Shown piece after piece: positions 1 to 14,485 of a DNA stretch of 64,000 nucleotides. Location of the stretch: the NCBI GenBank assembly GCA_009914755.4, contig CP086569.2, forward strand, positions 14,304,001-14,368,000, read 5' to 3'. Source of the stretch: the human T2T-CHM13v2.0 reference genome, Homo sapiens. Below the pieces are notes generated by a model, which saw nothing but the letters and a program-made list of their open reading frames with translations, made no database searches and was not told the DNA's origin. The translations under genes were made by a program, and so were the position numbers. Position 1 is the first letter of the stretch. Each line of letters begins with the position of its first letter.

Positions 1-240
1 TCATTATTTTAAAATCTGGAAAATACAATTATATTTTCAGAACATTATAGCTTATCTTGAGACTTGAACTTTAGAAAGTAACTTAGATAATATGAGAATT
101 AACATAAAGAATAAAACATACCTGGTTTTAATGGTTCTTCAATGTCACTGTACTTCAGAACATTTAAAACCTGTATGTACAACCTACTTATACACATCAA
201 GTAACCTATTTTCAAATTCACATGTGAAATGTAGTTGTTC

Positions 241-315
241 TTTGCTGATAAATTTTTTTTTCATTTATTGACAAAAGAAGAAATTGGACCTCAAGCACTG
301 AAAGCGGTGCTTTTA
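241..315 (-). repeat. Short (~75 bp) polyadenylated retro-fragment, copy A. Minus strand ends ...gtccaatttcttcttttgtcAATAAAtgaaaaaaaaa.
   Basis: It shares ~55-70 bp at ~90% identity with 1596-1688. Both copies end (minus strand) in an AATAAA signal followed by an A-rich tail. The family is unclassified. Confidence 0.5.
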
Positions 316-849
316 AACATATTTAAAACAGGGTGCTAAACATTTTAAATGTATGTAAATTGTGTGTATAAAATATATAATCATTCATGAAATATTAAAA
401 CACTTATATTTCTACTCTAAATATATCATATAAGCCTATGCAGAATGCAAACCAACTTCTAATTCACTGTCTACCGATAGAATAACTGTTAAAATCATAC
501 AGTAACATTTGATGTTTATCGTCTATGAACTACTTAACTAAAGATAATAGGTCCTAAAACTCTTTTAAATAAAAAATGCATACATCTCTTTCAAACATTC
601 TACAAACTATTCCCATAAATATTCAATTTTCAGAGCCTCCACTACCTTTCAAAAATAATCAACCATGATACCAACAAAGAACAAGTTACTTTAAAAGTAA
701 ACTACAAAAAGATCATCATCTACAATGAAAGTATTAAAACTGTACTAAAAATACTAATATTTAATGTTTAAAATGACACTATACATAGAACATAAGTTCT
801 TTGTAAAAATAAATTATATTCAACAACCTTTAAAAACTAAGTTTCAGGG

Positions 850-2290
850 GAAAAATCAATGTGGGAATCACTGAGAACCTAAATATGCCTAGTCAGGTTG
901 AGAACTGCCAATTAACAAAGAACAAAATTAATGTTTGCTACATGATACTACAATCAAAGAATGATCACAAATAGCATCATGAGAGTGAACACTTTAGCTA
1001 GTAGACATAGGCTTGGCATCTGTGTTATAATATTTAAGTTGGGCTTTTCAGCAAATGGTGTTTGAAAAACTAAGTATCTGTATGAAAGTAAAGTTGGGCC
1101 TGTTACGTCATATGCAAAAGTTAGCTTAAAATGGATCAGAGACGTAAACTTAAGGGCTAAAACTATTAAAGTCTTAGAACAATAAGCAGGAAAAACCTTT
1201 AAGACATTGAATTTGGCAGTGATTTCTTGGACATGACGCCAGACGACACAGGTAACAAAAAAACAGATTTACTTAGCTTCACCAAAATTAAAAACTTTTG
1301 TACATGAATGAACCACAATCAAGATACTGCAAAGAAAAAAAACTTGTAAATTATAAACTTAACAAGGACTTAAAATATAGAATATAAAATATGTTACAAA
1401 AAGACCCAAAAATTTAAAATAGGCAAAGGACTTGAACAGTCATCTCCAATAATATGAATGGCCAATAAATACATGAAAAGATGCTCAAAATTATTAGCTA
1501 TTAAGAGAAATACAACTCAAAACCACAATGTGGTATCACTTCACTCCCATTAGGACAGGTACTATGAAGCAAACAAACACAAATGAAAAAGATTTTTTTC
1601 TTTTTCTTTTTTTTCATTTATTGGCAAAGTGGTGAAGAAATTGGACCTCGAGCACTGAAAACAGGGACTCAATCTCTGTGTACACCAATGTTCAAGGTAG
1701 CATTACTACAGGAGCCAAAATGGAATAACACAAATGTTCACCACAGATTAAAGGATTAAGAAAATGTGGTTTAACTACAGAATAGAATATTATTCAGCCA
1801 TATTCATCCCAAAGGAATGGGAAGCTTCTGCCAGGGAGTTTGAGGCTGCAGTGAGCTCAGATCACACCACTGTTCTCCAGCTTTGGTGACAGAGTGAGAC
1901 CCTGTCTCAAAAAAATACAGAAAATAAAAAGGAATTCTGAAACACGTCACAACATTGATGAATACCTGAAATATGCCAAGTGAAATAAGCCAGATAAAGA
2001 ACGACAAATATTGTACAAGTCCATTTATATAAGATATGCAGACTTCTACTGAGAGCCAGAAAGTAGAATAAAGGAACTCCCGGGTACTTGCAGGAAAAGA
2101 GAATGGCAAAGTATTGATTTATGGGTAAAAAATTTTTGTATGGGATAATGTAAAGTTCTGAAAACAAAGAGTGGTAATGGTTAAACTGCATTGTAATTAA
2201 TGCCACTGAAATGTATACTAAAATGGCTACTTTATGTATATCTTCCCATAATAGCAACCAAATGAAGACAAAACCTAAAAATATCAAGGC
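850..2290 (+). mobile_element. Ancient L1 (L1M-type) 3' portion: ORF2 C-terminus to 3' end. Interrupted by a retro-fragment (1596-1688) and an Alu 3' fragment (~1815-1915).
   Basis: Translation shows the L1 ORF2 C-terminal motifs (...ANKYMKRCS..IKRNTTQNHN.., ..DxxIKKMWxxYxxEYYSAI..) and a typical degenerate L1M 3' tail. Confidence 0.75.
1596..1688 (-). repeat. Short polyadenylated retro-fragment, copy B, inserted in the L1M.
   Basis: Minus strand reads ...ccctgttttcagtgctcgaggtccaatttcttcaccactttgccAATAAAtgaaaaaaaagaaaaagaaaaaaa. It is homologous to copy A at 241-315. Confidence 0.5.
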
Positions 2291-3734
2291 TTCATTTAAC
2301 TTATGAAGTTACTATTTAACTTCGTTTACTGCTTGAAACACATTCTGAAATTGGTAAATTACTCATAATACAAAAAGGCTTTTAATTATAAATACTTCAT
2401 CAATCACTAATGAGAGACAATAACGCATGAAGGGGTTTAGAATATGTCACCCCAAAATAGGCGATTCTGACATAAAGATTATTTTGAGCCACAGGCAAAT
2501 AAGAAACAGGTACAACAGAACTCCCTATCCTCCTTTCTACTTGAAAGGACAGGGTGATTCTTAATTTCTGAAGACAACTCTATATTCTTACAAGCCTAAA
2601 GGCAGCACAGAATTAATCTATATAACTTCTGCCAAATATTTACCTTTCCACAATTTGCTTCCCATGGCAACTTCAAGTCCTTCCCTTTGTCTTGTCATTT
2701 CTCTATAAATTTACTGTTCCTTTGGTTACATCTCACGGCAGCCCATATTGTACACTCCTGAGTTACTCACAGAAAGAAAATAAAACTTCAGGACCCTCTA
2801 AATTTATCATGCCAAGGGGGAAGTTAAACCCTAGAAACTGAATCACACAGAATGTGTGCAATTCTCTTTCTTACAGTTTCTTAGATAATAGCTCCTGCTC
2901 ATTGATCTTGTTCAGTAAATAACTAGGAGACACCAGACATTCCCCATTCCAATCACTGATCTTTGGGATTAATTGTCCTTTTATTGGCCTAATTCAGACT
3001 GGATGGTGCCGAAGACCCCATGACAGTTACATCTTTAGTGTGAAATGTTGATATACCTTTCCTGAAACAAAAAGACTACCTCAACAAATCAGATTTTTGT
3101 TAACTCTGCAATAAGCCTTATATAGAAAGCTTTGTCTGTATAAGTGACTCCAAACTTCTACACTTTGGAAAACTAACTTCCTTTCTATGGAATCTGTGTT
3201 TGCAGGGACCTTAGCTTTGCAGTTGAATAAACTCTTCTTAAACATTATACTGACCTTTTTGAATACTTAGGTTGACATTCATCGCAAAGTTCTCCAGTGT
3301 ATAATGTGTAATGCACACATTAATAAATTTGTTTATTTTTCTCTTGTTAGTTTTTCTGTCAGTCTAATATGCGGGGACCCAACTAACGAACCTAAAAATA
3401 AATGAAGGCTAAAGTTTTTCTTTTCATATAAGATCAAAACAATTGCAGACACTGGAAATAAAAAGCTAAAAAAAAAAAAACTGGACTGTATCAATGTCAA
3501 TTTCCTAGATGTTAACCTTTGAGAAAAACTGATGGGTATAGGATCTTTGTTTGTATTACCTTTTATAATGATACATACATACTTTTGAAATAAAAAATAA
3601 TAAAAGAAAACTGGGAAATAAAAAGCTTATTTCCTGAGGAAAAACCCAACATTTGAACACTGTGAACATTGCTTTTATTTTCCCTTAGTGCTATAGTTTG
3701 AATATTCCATTCAAAATTCATGTTGAAATTTAAT

Positions 3735-4045
3735 TGGCACTGTGACATTAAGAGTAGAGATCTTTAAGAGGTGATTAGATCATAAGGGCTCTCTCTCATG
3801 AACAGATTAATGCTGTCATCAGAAGAGTGGGTTCCTTAGAAAAAGGGTGAGTTTCACCTGGTATCTTTCTATCTTGCTTGTAATGTGACGCCTTCCACCA
3901 TGTTCTGACACAGCAAGAAGGCTCTCTTCAGACATGGTCCCAAGATCTAGGACTTCCTGGCCTCTAGAACTTCATGTCAAATAAATCTCTTTATAAATTA
4001 CCCAGTCTCTAGTACTCTATTGCAGGGGCAGAAATGAACTAAGAT
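3735..4045 (+). mobile_element. MaLR-type solo LTR (MST/THE1-like).
   Basis: The 3' end reads ...ttcatgtcaaataaatctctttataaattacccagtctctagtactctattgcag, which matches the characteristic MaLR LTR terminus. Confidence 0.6.
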
Positions 4046-4298
4046 ATTTGGTTTGCAAACCGGAGTATGCTAACAGAGCAAGACAATACAGACTATTTTT
4101 TAAGTATATGAAGTATTGGAAGTACAGCATACTTACTCTCCTCAACACAAAAAGGGAAGCATAATAGCCACACTTCAGACTATACTATATTTTTAAGTAA
4201 AATCTGTCTTGAAACCATATTATTAAATATATGAGAACACAGGCCTTTCCTAAACAAGTCACTACAGGATAGAAACTGGCCTGAAAAGAAAATAACTT

Positions 4299-4585
<287 letters not shown>

Positions 4586-6003
4586 GGAAAAATAAAATAA
4601 CTTGCAAGATTACAGCACTTCAGTACTATTTTAGTAAAACCTAAAGAAAAAAGAGAGGTATATAATTCAAATTACTCAGCCTACATTTAATTTGTCAGCA
4701 TTCAAGATCTGCCAGGAGCAGTAAAAAACTTGGATGCTACGGTAAAATTACTGCTTTACTATTCCACACCCCCAAACAGCATAAAATGCCAAACATTTTT
4801 AAACAGCAAACATTTTGAAAATACATATTTCAAAACATGCATGAGAAAAGACTTTTAAAACTGATTACATATTTATAAAAAATAAAAGTTATGCACAACA
4901 CCTCACATTACAGAAAGCTAAATTAAATACCACGAACCAAAAAAGTAAACATTAAGACAGTAAAGGAAATGAGACAAAATGATATAACCTCTCGTCTTCA
5001 TTTTCAGTATCCAATCCTCAAACTAGAGTCACCCAATCCTCAAATTATGACTAAGCTTAAAAATGATCTTTCCAGAAACAAATTATCAATTAAACCATGT
5101 TTGTGAAGACATGAATACTCTATTGCTGCAAAATATAGTTCTGTATCTCTAGCTGTAGCAATTATCCCAAAAGAAATTCTGTATCTCTACCAAGATGCTC
5201 ACAGTTAAGTCTCATCCAAATTTTGCTCTCATGAAGCCAAACTCCAGTCAAATTAAGATATTTCCCATTTCTTACAAGTGGAAGGGTCCCATACCCTGTC
5301 AGCCAAGGTAATCTAAACCACCTGTAATACTTCCTCTACTCCCTCATTGGTTTGTTGTCTGCCTCAGCAAACATCACCTCATCCTCTAAAAAGAATCTCA
5401 GGCTAGGATTCAAACCTGCATTACGAAGCCTTTTCTGGATTTCCCCAGGCAATAATTTCTGTTGCCTCGATAGCAGTTTGATCAAAATGTTTTTGTACTG
5501 GATATAAAGAAATATTAGAAATAACTCAATAAAATATGATACTAATTTTAAAATCAATTTTAATATAACCATTCTCTATTAAAACCAAATAAAAATATGT
5601 GTACTATTACAGCATTTTTTCCTTCACATTCTAGGAAAGCAATGTATCATATATGCATCTGCTGAATGTAACCTATGCTAATTAAAGAAGCATTTCTCAA
5701 GCCCAGCTACAATGCATCTAAATACAAAACATGGGCACTAAAAATGAAGTTATCAAGTAGTTATTTCAGACAATTCAGAATACAGTAGCCCATGTCCTCA
5801 AACTTGAGGAATACATTCCAAGACCTCTAATGGATGCCAGTAATCTTGGATAGTACTGAACCCTACAGATACAATGTTTTTTTCATTCTGGTAACCGAGA
5901 CAGCTACTAAGTGACTAATGGGCAAGCTAATATATACAGCCTGGATATGATGGACAAAAGGATGATTTCATCATGCTATTCAGAAGAGTGCACAATTTAA
6001 AAC

Positions 6004-6294
<291 letters not shown>

Positions 6295-6465
6295 TGACAA
6301 TTTAAAACTTATGAATTGCTTGTTTCTGTTTATTTCTCTTTATTTTCCATTTAATATCTCTGGCCAAGGTTGCAGGTAATTGACCTCAGAAAACAACAAT
6401 GTGGGTAAGGGGGGACTACTGTATACCTATATGCTTTACTAATCTTTAATAAATTCCTTGTAGAA

Positions 6466-6625
6466 AGCCAGGCACAATGGTACACACCTGTAGTCCCAAC
6501 TGCTTGGGAGTCTGAGATGGAAGGATCACTTTGGGCCAGGAATTCCACGCGTTGTACTATGATTATGCCTGTGAATAGCCACTGCACTCAATCCTGGAAA
6601 ACAGTGAGAGCCAGTCTCTTAAAGT
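6466..6625 (+). mobile_element. Free Alu-monomer / 7SL-like fragment (FRAM/FAM-type).
   Basis: The sequence reads gccaggcacaatggtacacacctgtagtcccaactgcttgggag...gattatgcctgtgaatagccactgcactcaatcctgg. The 'cctgtgaatagccactgcactc' block is the 7SL RNA S-domain-derived sequence, not the dimeric Alu consensus. Confidence 0.55.
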
Positions 6626-7289
6626 ATAATTTCCTTAAATAAAATATATTTCAAAATCTCTCATTCTTATTTATGATCAAAAAATGTTATTCATCAATGT
6701 AGACTTTGAGCTTGGTCAATACTGAGCAAATAAAGCCCTCAAATATCCTTTTCATTTGACAGGTAACTACATGCCTACTAAGGCCACGTATTATGCATAT
6801 AACAATAAACAAACATAATCCCTCCACGAAAAAGCTCCAGCCAGAGAGAAATATTAAAGTAAATAATTATGCTCATCTAATCCATTCAGCAATGGCAAGA
6901 ATTTCACATGAAAGTACAAGATGTCCAGCACAGATCTAACCACCTACAAATGGATGCCTCCTTGAGAAAATGTTATTAAGGTAGGACCTGCATGGATAAG
7001 TAAAAGTTACCATGAAAGAGTTCTAAAAAATGCATTGCAGAATAACAAGCATCTGTTAAGGGCCCAAAAAAACATGAAGGAGATAATATGAAATTGTATT
7101 GTCTTTTTCTATTCTGAACATAATCATAATAATGATAGAAAAGTATTGAGGTGTTTAGGATGAAAAGTGGCAATCTGAGTTCCATTTAAAAATAATCTTT
7201 CTTTTTTAACAGACATCACTGCTGCTCCTCAAATTTTTAGTTATCTTTCCAGACACATAAAAAGATTAACTCAGATCCCTTGAGTGTCA

Positions 7290-8450
7290 AGTGTGACTTG
7301 GTGAGCTAATAAATCAATTTTCTTAAAGGGAAAAAGATTAAACAGACATTTATCAAAAGAAGACATACAAGCAACAAACAGGTATATGAAAAAAAGTTCA
7401 ACATCAATCACTGGGAAAAGCAAATGAAAATTACAGTGAGATATCACCCCATACATTTATTATCAAAAAGACAAAGTATCATGTTGATCCGGCTATAGAG
7501 AAAGGGAACCCTTAACAATACCAGTGGGAATGTAAATTGGTACAGTCATATGGAAAAAAGTGGCAGAATCTCCTCAAAACTCAAAATAAACTACAATATG
7601 ATCCAGCAATTCAGCTACTGGGTATTTATCCTAAGTAAATGAAATCAGTAGCTAAAGGACATCTGTCAAGTTTATTGCAGTATTATTCACAATAGCCAAG
7701 ATATGAGATCAACCTAAGTGTTCATCAATGATTGAATAAGGTAAGAAAATCCGATATATATGTGTACATATGTGTGTGTGTGTATATACATGTATATAAT
7801 AAACATACTGTTCATCCATTTAAAAAAAAGAAAGTATCAGTAAGTTATTTCTTCTTTCAAATGCATGTAGTTACAATCCTGATGAGGGAAAAAAAAATGG
7901 TACTGTGTATATCATTTCGCTTAAAGCTGAAGTTTCCAAGAAACTATTTGATGATGTTAAATGAGATCTTAAACTGTACCGTCATTTACGGCCACACAGA
8001 TGAACCTGGAGGACAGACATTAAGACAAATACTGCATGATCTCACTTATTTTAGAACATTGTTAAAAAACTTGATCTCATAGAAATATAGAGTAGAACAG
8101 TGGTCATCAGAGGCCAGCAAAGATTGGATGGACAGAATGAAGGAGAGAAATTAATCAAGGGGTACAAAATGACAGGTAGGTAAGAGGAATAATTTCTAGT
8201 TTTCTATATAGCATAGCAAGCAGACTACAATAAGCAATATTATATAGTGTGTATCTCAAAATAACTAGAAAAAAGATTCCAAATGTTCTTACCACAAAGA
8301 AATGTCTGAGGTGATGAATATGCTAAAACTATGATGTGATCGCTACCCAATGTACGTACACATGTGTCAGCAGCATCACACTGTATCCCATAACTATGTC
8401 CAATTATTACGTGTCAATTAAAAATAAAATTTAAAAAATAATTTTAATAT
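7290..8450 (+). mobile_element. Ancient L1 (L1M-type) ORF2 C-terminus plus 3' end with A-rich tail. Contains a (TG/TA)n microsatellite at ~7755-7800.
   Basis: Translation shows L1M ORF2 motifs (..MKITVRYHPIH.., ..NNTSGNVNWYSHMEKS.., ..YNMIQQFSYWVF..). Confidence 0.75.
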
Positions 8451-8894
8451 TAAAAAAATTCTGTTAAATATGACACTCTTTATTTGTATGCAAGGCAGCT
8501 TAGTCATCCCAAAATGATCTGAGGAATAAGGCCTGAGTTGTTTGTTATATGCATTTATGATCTCTTACCACAGCAAATTTTAAGAGTTTAAAAAGTCCTC
8601 ATTAATAACTCTATTTCATGACTTAATAATGTCAATCACAATCGTGTTCGATGAATTTTAATCCAGATTCTGCCCTTAAATAAACCTATTTTATATTAGC
8701 TTGCAGATAGGGACTGCTGGTCTGTGTGTCTTTATATAATTAAAAGCAATTTCAAAGACCACTTGATCTCTGATCTACATGTGTCTGCTGTCACATTTAT
8801 CCATTCGATATTTGTTAAGAACCTATATGATAAGTCTTAATTTTTTAAGCTTATTTTTGTTATGTGATGCCCAGTACTTAGACAGTATCCTAAA

Positions 8895-9055
8895 TATTGA
8901 AGAGCCAAGTAAAATTTTGTCAGATAATGTCATATACCTTATTTACTCACTATGTCTTAGAAGGTGGATATAGTTATTCTATGCCCACAGGTATCATAAG
9001 AACCAATTAGGCACCCCTAGGTAAGGTTACACATTTATTTAAAAGGCAAAATAAA
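8895..9055 (+). repeat. MIR-like SINE fragment / low-copy local duplicate (copy 1).
   Basis: ~160 bp, ~80% identical to 10225-10380. It ends in ...ctaggtaaggttacacatttatt, which resembles the MIR core (gcccaaggtcacaca). Confidence 0.4.
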
Positions 9056-9404
9056 ATCAATTTATGTTTTTAAAAAATGCTTCAAGAGTAATAAAACATG
9101 ACCTTTTTTTTTTGTCCTAGTTTTGAACATAGGAATGATGCCATAAATCTCATCTTCTTTACCCCTTTCACATCTGCCTCTTAAATCAGCATTTATTATT
9201 TTCCACTAGCAAATTTTAAGGGGACAATAAATACCTCAGTATGCTCACCAATTATCCTCATTTTCAAACACAAAGGATTTTAAAAATCCAAAAGCTTCTA
9301 ATGTTGATGTGTGTTCAAATAAATCAGCATATGTAGACATAAGCAAATATTTAGTAAATTTCTATACAATCTTTTTTCCGGCTTTATTGAAGTATGTTTA
9401 TGTA

Positions 9405-9575
9405 TATATATATCCCTCAATAAACTCATAATACCTCAAAATACTGTATATTTATATATATATAACTTATATATAAAATTATATATAAAAATTTGTATAT
9501 ATACAAATTTTACATATAAGATATATATATATAAAATACTGTGATGTAAACATATATATATATTGTGACATGTCT
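9405..9575. repeat. AT-rich simple repeat ((TA)n / (TATATA)-like).
   Basis: Runs of atatatatat interspersed with ttat/taaa over ~170 bp. Confidence 0.8.
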
Positions 9576-10224
9576 ACAATAATTAAGCTAGTTAACATAT
9601 CACCTCACATTTATTTCCTGTATGTCCTCCACATGTAAGAAGTGGTAAGGGTGGGGGATATTGTGAGAATGCTTAAGATCTACTCTCTTTATGCAATCTT
9701 CATTAAATCAAGTAGTTGTACTGGTGTTAGCTACTGAAGAATATTGTGTTTCCCATATACATTTGTATATACTATTCCTACCTTCAAGAAACAGTTTTAA
9801 CAGTTTACCAGTTTATGTAAGTTGCTAGGCATTATATAAAACTATCTGTCAAAATTAACCTTTTTTTCAAGTAATGATAATCCACTGCTGCAAATATATA
9901 CAAAGTATAACAAAATATCAGTAATATCACCTATAGTGAGAGATAATAAAGTAAAATCTTAAAGGTTATCTGAAGAAGGAAAAAACAAAATGTGAAGTAG
10001 AAAAGTCGCTCTAAAATGGAATAATTCATATATACTTTTAATCTAGTTAATCAATTGACAACTGCTATTTCTACCATGTATTAAACACATGGAAATTTGA
10101 TTAATTTCACTTTTTAAAGGATGGATTAAATTCTGTGACAGAAAAACAGAATTCACAAATACTAGATAATGGCCCCAGATTAGAGAAATTTTAGATGGCA
10201 GATGAGAAACAGAACTTAAAAGGG

Positions 10225-10380
10225 CTGATGAGCCAAGTAAAATTTTATTTGTCAGGTACTTCCATTTCCTTTACTTAGTCACTATGTCCTAGATGTGGGT
10301 ATAATTATTCTATGTCCCCAGATTATATTAAGAATCAAATAGGCACTTTAGCCAAGGTTACACATTTAATTAGAAGTGTT
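10225..10380 (+). repeat. MIR-like SINE fragment / low-copy local duplicate (copy 2).
   Basis: Pairs with 8895-9055. Confidence 0.4.
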
Positions 10381-13300
10381 AACATCAAATTTTAAAATCA
10401 AATCTGCTACTTCAATGCCAGTTTACACTATATTAAAGCTGAATTAAACTGTTTCAGTGACATTTGGCCATTTTCAGGAACAATTAATGAACTATAAAGC
10501 CCTGGAATGTATGCCATGTATAAACAAAAGAGAGACAGATCTACTGCGAAAACTACCTGTATTTTATTTAAATAATTTACCATTTAGAAATATCATATAT
10601 ACTCTTTCATGGAACTAAGGGAAGAAAATGAAGTAGAGAACTCATGAACTGTAATGAACTTAAATTCTGTTCTCCATCACAATATATCCATTCTGTAACC
10701 CTCTTGGAGAACTAAACCTTACTCAAGAATGAGACTGTGAATAATATTAGCCCTCTGATAGGAAATAACTTAATGAGCACATAGTGTATTTCTGGCAAAT
10801 GATAGGCAAGGCAAACTTTGGAGGCTTTTCACAAAGTTACTACTCATTTTTGAAGACAGCAATGGAAATTTTGCCCTTTTCCATACTCTAAATCAAGATA
10901 AGAATGATAAATCATATATTTATTGAGCAGTTAGTTATTACCAATATTACTAAGCATCTAAGTCATTACTCTATAATGTCCCTATGAAAATATGAAAAAA
11001 AAAAGTCATTTTAATTACACCTGGTAAGTATCTTCTACTAAACATGGAAAAATCCAACAGAGAACAAAAGTGAATATGGATCTTTGATGAGATATCTGTG
11101 TATCTGAATCAACTAACCTTGAAGCCTGGACTTCCTATTATGAGTTAGTAATTTTTGAGTTGGAATTTATAAAAGTAAAGCCCAAAGTGTCTCTCTGAGT
11201 ACACTTTGCCAGGAAAACACCTTGCTATTATACAAATATCATGATAGATTCCATCTTTAGCTATATAAATTACTAACCAACTAAAGAAAACTGGAAACTT
11301 TGAAAAGGGAGATATTCATTCTAACTCACACCTTTAATCATTTTAAATGCCAAGTACTTACAGCAATATACAGAAATATCTCTTCCTCAGTTAAACTATC
11401 GATGCCTATAACAATCTCAAAAATAGACAAGAAGTATTTTGATTATGAGGGAAAACTTAAGAAATAAAATTTCAGGATGAGATAAAAATCAAGTAAGATA
11501 TTCACACTAAGAGAAGATTAATGTTGAAAACATCCCAAAACTTTTTAATGCTATACAAATGAAATAAACATCAAAAACTTGCTGAGTGTTTAAAAAAAAT
11601 GAAAGATGGGCAAAAAAAAAGAAAACAGCATATATCTAAGACATTTTTTGCTAAAACCAACCTTACTCGAAGGGTTTGCTACCCTTTACATATGACTAAG
11701 CAAAGAAAAGCACATATAGGAATGAGTTATCTGTTAATATGGTCTGAGAAAATTTTACCATATTTATTTTCTGCTGTAAAACATCTTAGAGCCTTTTACA
11801 GACTTTATGTTTGTGTGTGTATACACATATAATGTGCAGAGAGGATTAAAATCTACAAAGTGGCATAGCTGTACTTATTTTCAATTTCAAATCCACAGGT
11901 ATCTCAAATGGTAAGCAATTTGTAAATGTTACTCTGAATTTGAGAAAAACTGAAAATTTGAAAATTTCAGAAAGACTGAAAAATTCTATTCTATTTTTCC
12001 ACATCAACTGCACTTAACCTTGGACTTAGGGACTCCTCAGCTCCACTTTTTTCTGAGTAGTGTGAAATCTAAGTTATTTATGTAGTTTACTTGCAATGAT
12101 TTTAATGTTTTGGGTTGACTATGTTCCATCAGCATCATACTGTAAAAAACATAAATAGCACAAACAGTCTACATAATTGTAAACTTTAAAACAATTAAGG
12201 CATAATTGAGTTAAGAACCACATGCAGTAAGGCATTAATTCAGCAAGTCTGCGTTGGCCAGACAAGCACATTCAAAGAAAGGTATGAATCTTGACAAGCT
12301 CCTCACAGTAATCTCTGAAGTCCTTGGAATATCTAGTCTGACAAGAGTGTCTTTATTTATCTGGGGTTTTGGTTCATCCCAGATAGTTATGCTAACAATT
12401 GATTTATGGCAGAGGCCTGGGGCAATATGGTATCAGACCTCTCTCTGTAGGCACTGGAGACTAAGCTACTAAGGTAGCTTAGTAGGCAGGTCCTCCAGAG
12501 CTACAAGATCAAATCCGAGTAAAAACTCTGAAAAGCAACAGTCACTGAGTTCCTCTGGTGGACAATATTCTGTCTATGTTTTCCTAACTTGCTGCTGGGA
12601 AAATCAATTGCAGCTCACAGATGTACAACAAAAGAGGACAAATGAAATCTTGCAGCTGGTTCTCTCTCCTAGACTCTGCCCTTACATGTCTTTTCCTTTG
12701 ATAATTTTAATGTGTATTCTTTCACTGTAATAAACTGTAACCATGTGTATAACTGTTATCTGGGTTAAGTCCCTCTAACAAATCACTGAACTTGAGGGAG
12801 GTTTGGGGAACCCCAAACAACACAGAGTTTTTAAAAAGCATTCCTTTAATATTTCTGTGTTAGTGAGTTCAAAGTAAATCCTATTGTTAAGTTACATAAA
12901 TACCCTCCACCTGTAAAATTAAGATAATCTACAAAAGATCTGTATCTGGAAAAGGAGAAACATTCTTAATACGCATAAAATCACAAACCTTATTATTTTC
13001 TCCAGAAGCTATAATTCTTTCAAAAGACAATGCTTTTAACTTAAAGGGAAGACCTATTTTCATTAAAGTCTTGGAAAACAAAATAGCTTCACATAGCAAA
13101 AAAGTAAAAAAAATTTGAGAAATCAAATTTCCACAGAATTAAGATATTTAAACAATAATGTAATTTTTCCCAAAAATCTGCATATTACCCAAAAACTGCA
13201 TATTTAGCAACTGGCAGTCCAAAAGCCTTAGAGTGAATATTATATTAAACAACTTTGCTATGACACATGTTTTGCTATAATAGGTGTAGATTTCTAATAA

Positions 13301-13688
13301 GACCTATACAAAGCAATAATCAATAGTTAAATCACTGGTATGACATCACTAACTGGCCTGTTCTCTCTCTCTTTGGTGGCAGACACACAAAATAATGTTG
13401 ATGCTCAAAGGAAATCAAAACCTTCACCATCTCCTGATTATATAAAAACTTTTAAAATTAAACAAAACAAAAACTTTAAGGTGCCAAAATTATCTTGCAA
13501 GTCTTGGTGTTCATTTTATATCCTGAAACTCATTTCCAACCTTATTTTAACCCTTTAGGTCATATCCTCAATTTTCTAAGATTTTCATAGCACTAAATTC
13601 CAACGCTTCTCAGTGACATTAAAGTGTGCATGCGCACATGTGCATGCACGCACACACATATGAAATTGTGTATGTGGGAAAAATCTCA

Positions 13689-13859
<171 letters not shown>

Positions 13860-14204
13860 TTACATATATCTCACTTGATAGTATAGGAAACATTCTGGTT
13901 ATTTAATTTTATTGAAAGTACCAACTTTATAAAAAACAGTATGAATGAACGGAAAAGATTAGAAAGGGATAAGAAAGTGCATAATCCTTTTGTTCTCAAT
14001 TCCGTCAACTATTCAAAAATATCTAAAGGTTCAAGAAAAAATTCAGTGGAAATTACTACAAATCTTTCTGAAACATTCAAGGAAGAACAGCAGGAAAATG
14101 TGAAAAGGTGAGAAAGTGAAGGTGTTAATTCTGCTTCTACTCAGCTTCATATAAGCCAACTTTTTAAAACTTTATTTCTGCCTTTCACTTTTGGTATACT
14201 CTTT

Positions 14205-14485
14205 TGTTGTAAATGACAAGGTCTCAATCTGTCACCCATGCTGGAGTGTAGCAGGACAATCACAGCTCACTGCAGCCTGGACCTCCTGGGTTCAAGCAAT
14301 CCTCTTACTTCAGCCTTCTGAGTAGCTGGAACCACAGGTTCATGCCAATACTCCTAGCTAATTTTTTTCATTTTTTGTACAGAGAGGATCTCTCTTTGAT
14401 GTCCTGGATGGTCATGAACTTCTGGGCTCAACGGATCCTCCTGCACCAGCCTCCCAAAGAGCTGAAATTACAGGCAAACACCTGG
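14205..14485 (-). mobile_element. Alu (older, J-like), minus orientation.
   Basis: gtctcaatctgtcacccatgctggagtgtagcaggacaatcacagctcactgcagcc...cctcccaaagagctgaaattacaggcaaacacctggcc. Confidence 0.9.

Noticed and set aside
5336-5572. 78-aa minus-strand ORF ending ..LLPGEIQKRLRNAGLNPSLRFFLEDEVMFAEADNKPMRE*, whose C-terminal half is not low-complexity.
   Set aside because: It has no recognisable homology and no convincing acceptor site. The N-terminal half is AT-rich noise (ILKLILKLVSYF..). It does not match the next expected UTY exon (HFQLALIDCNPC...). It was kept only as a note.
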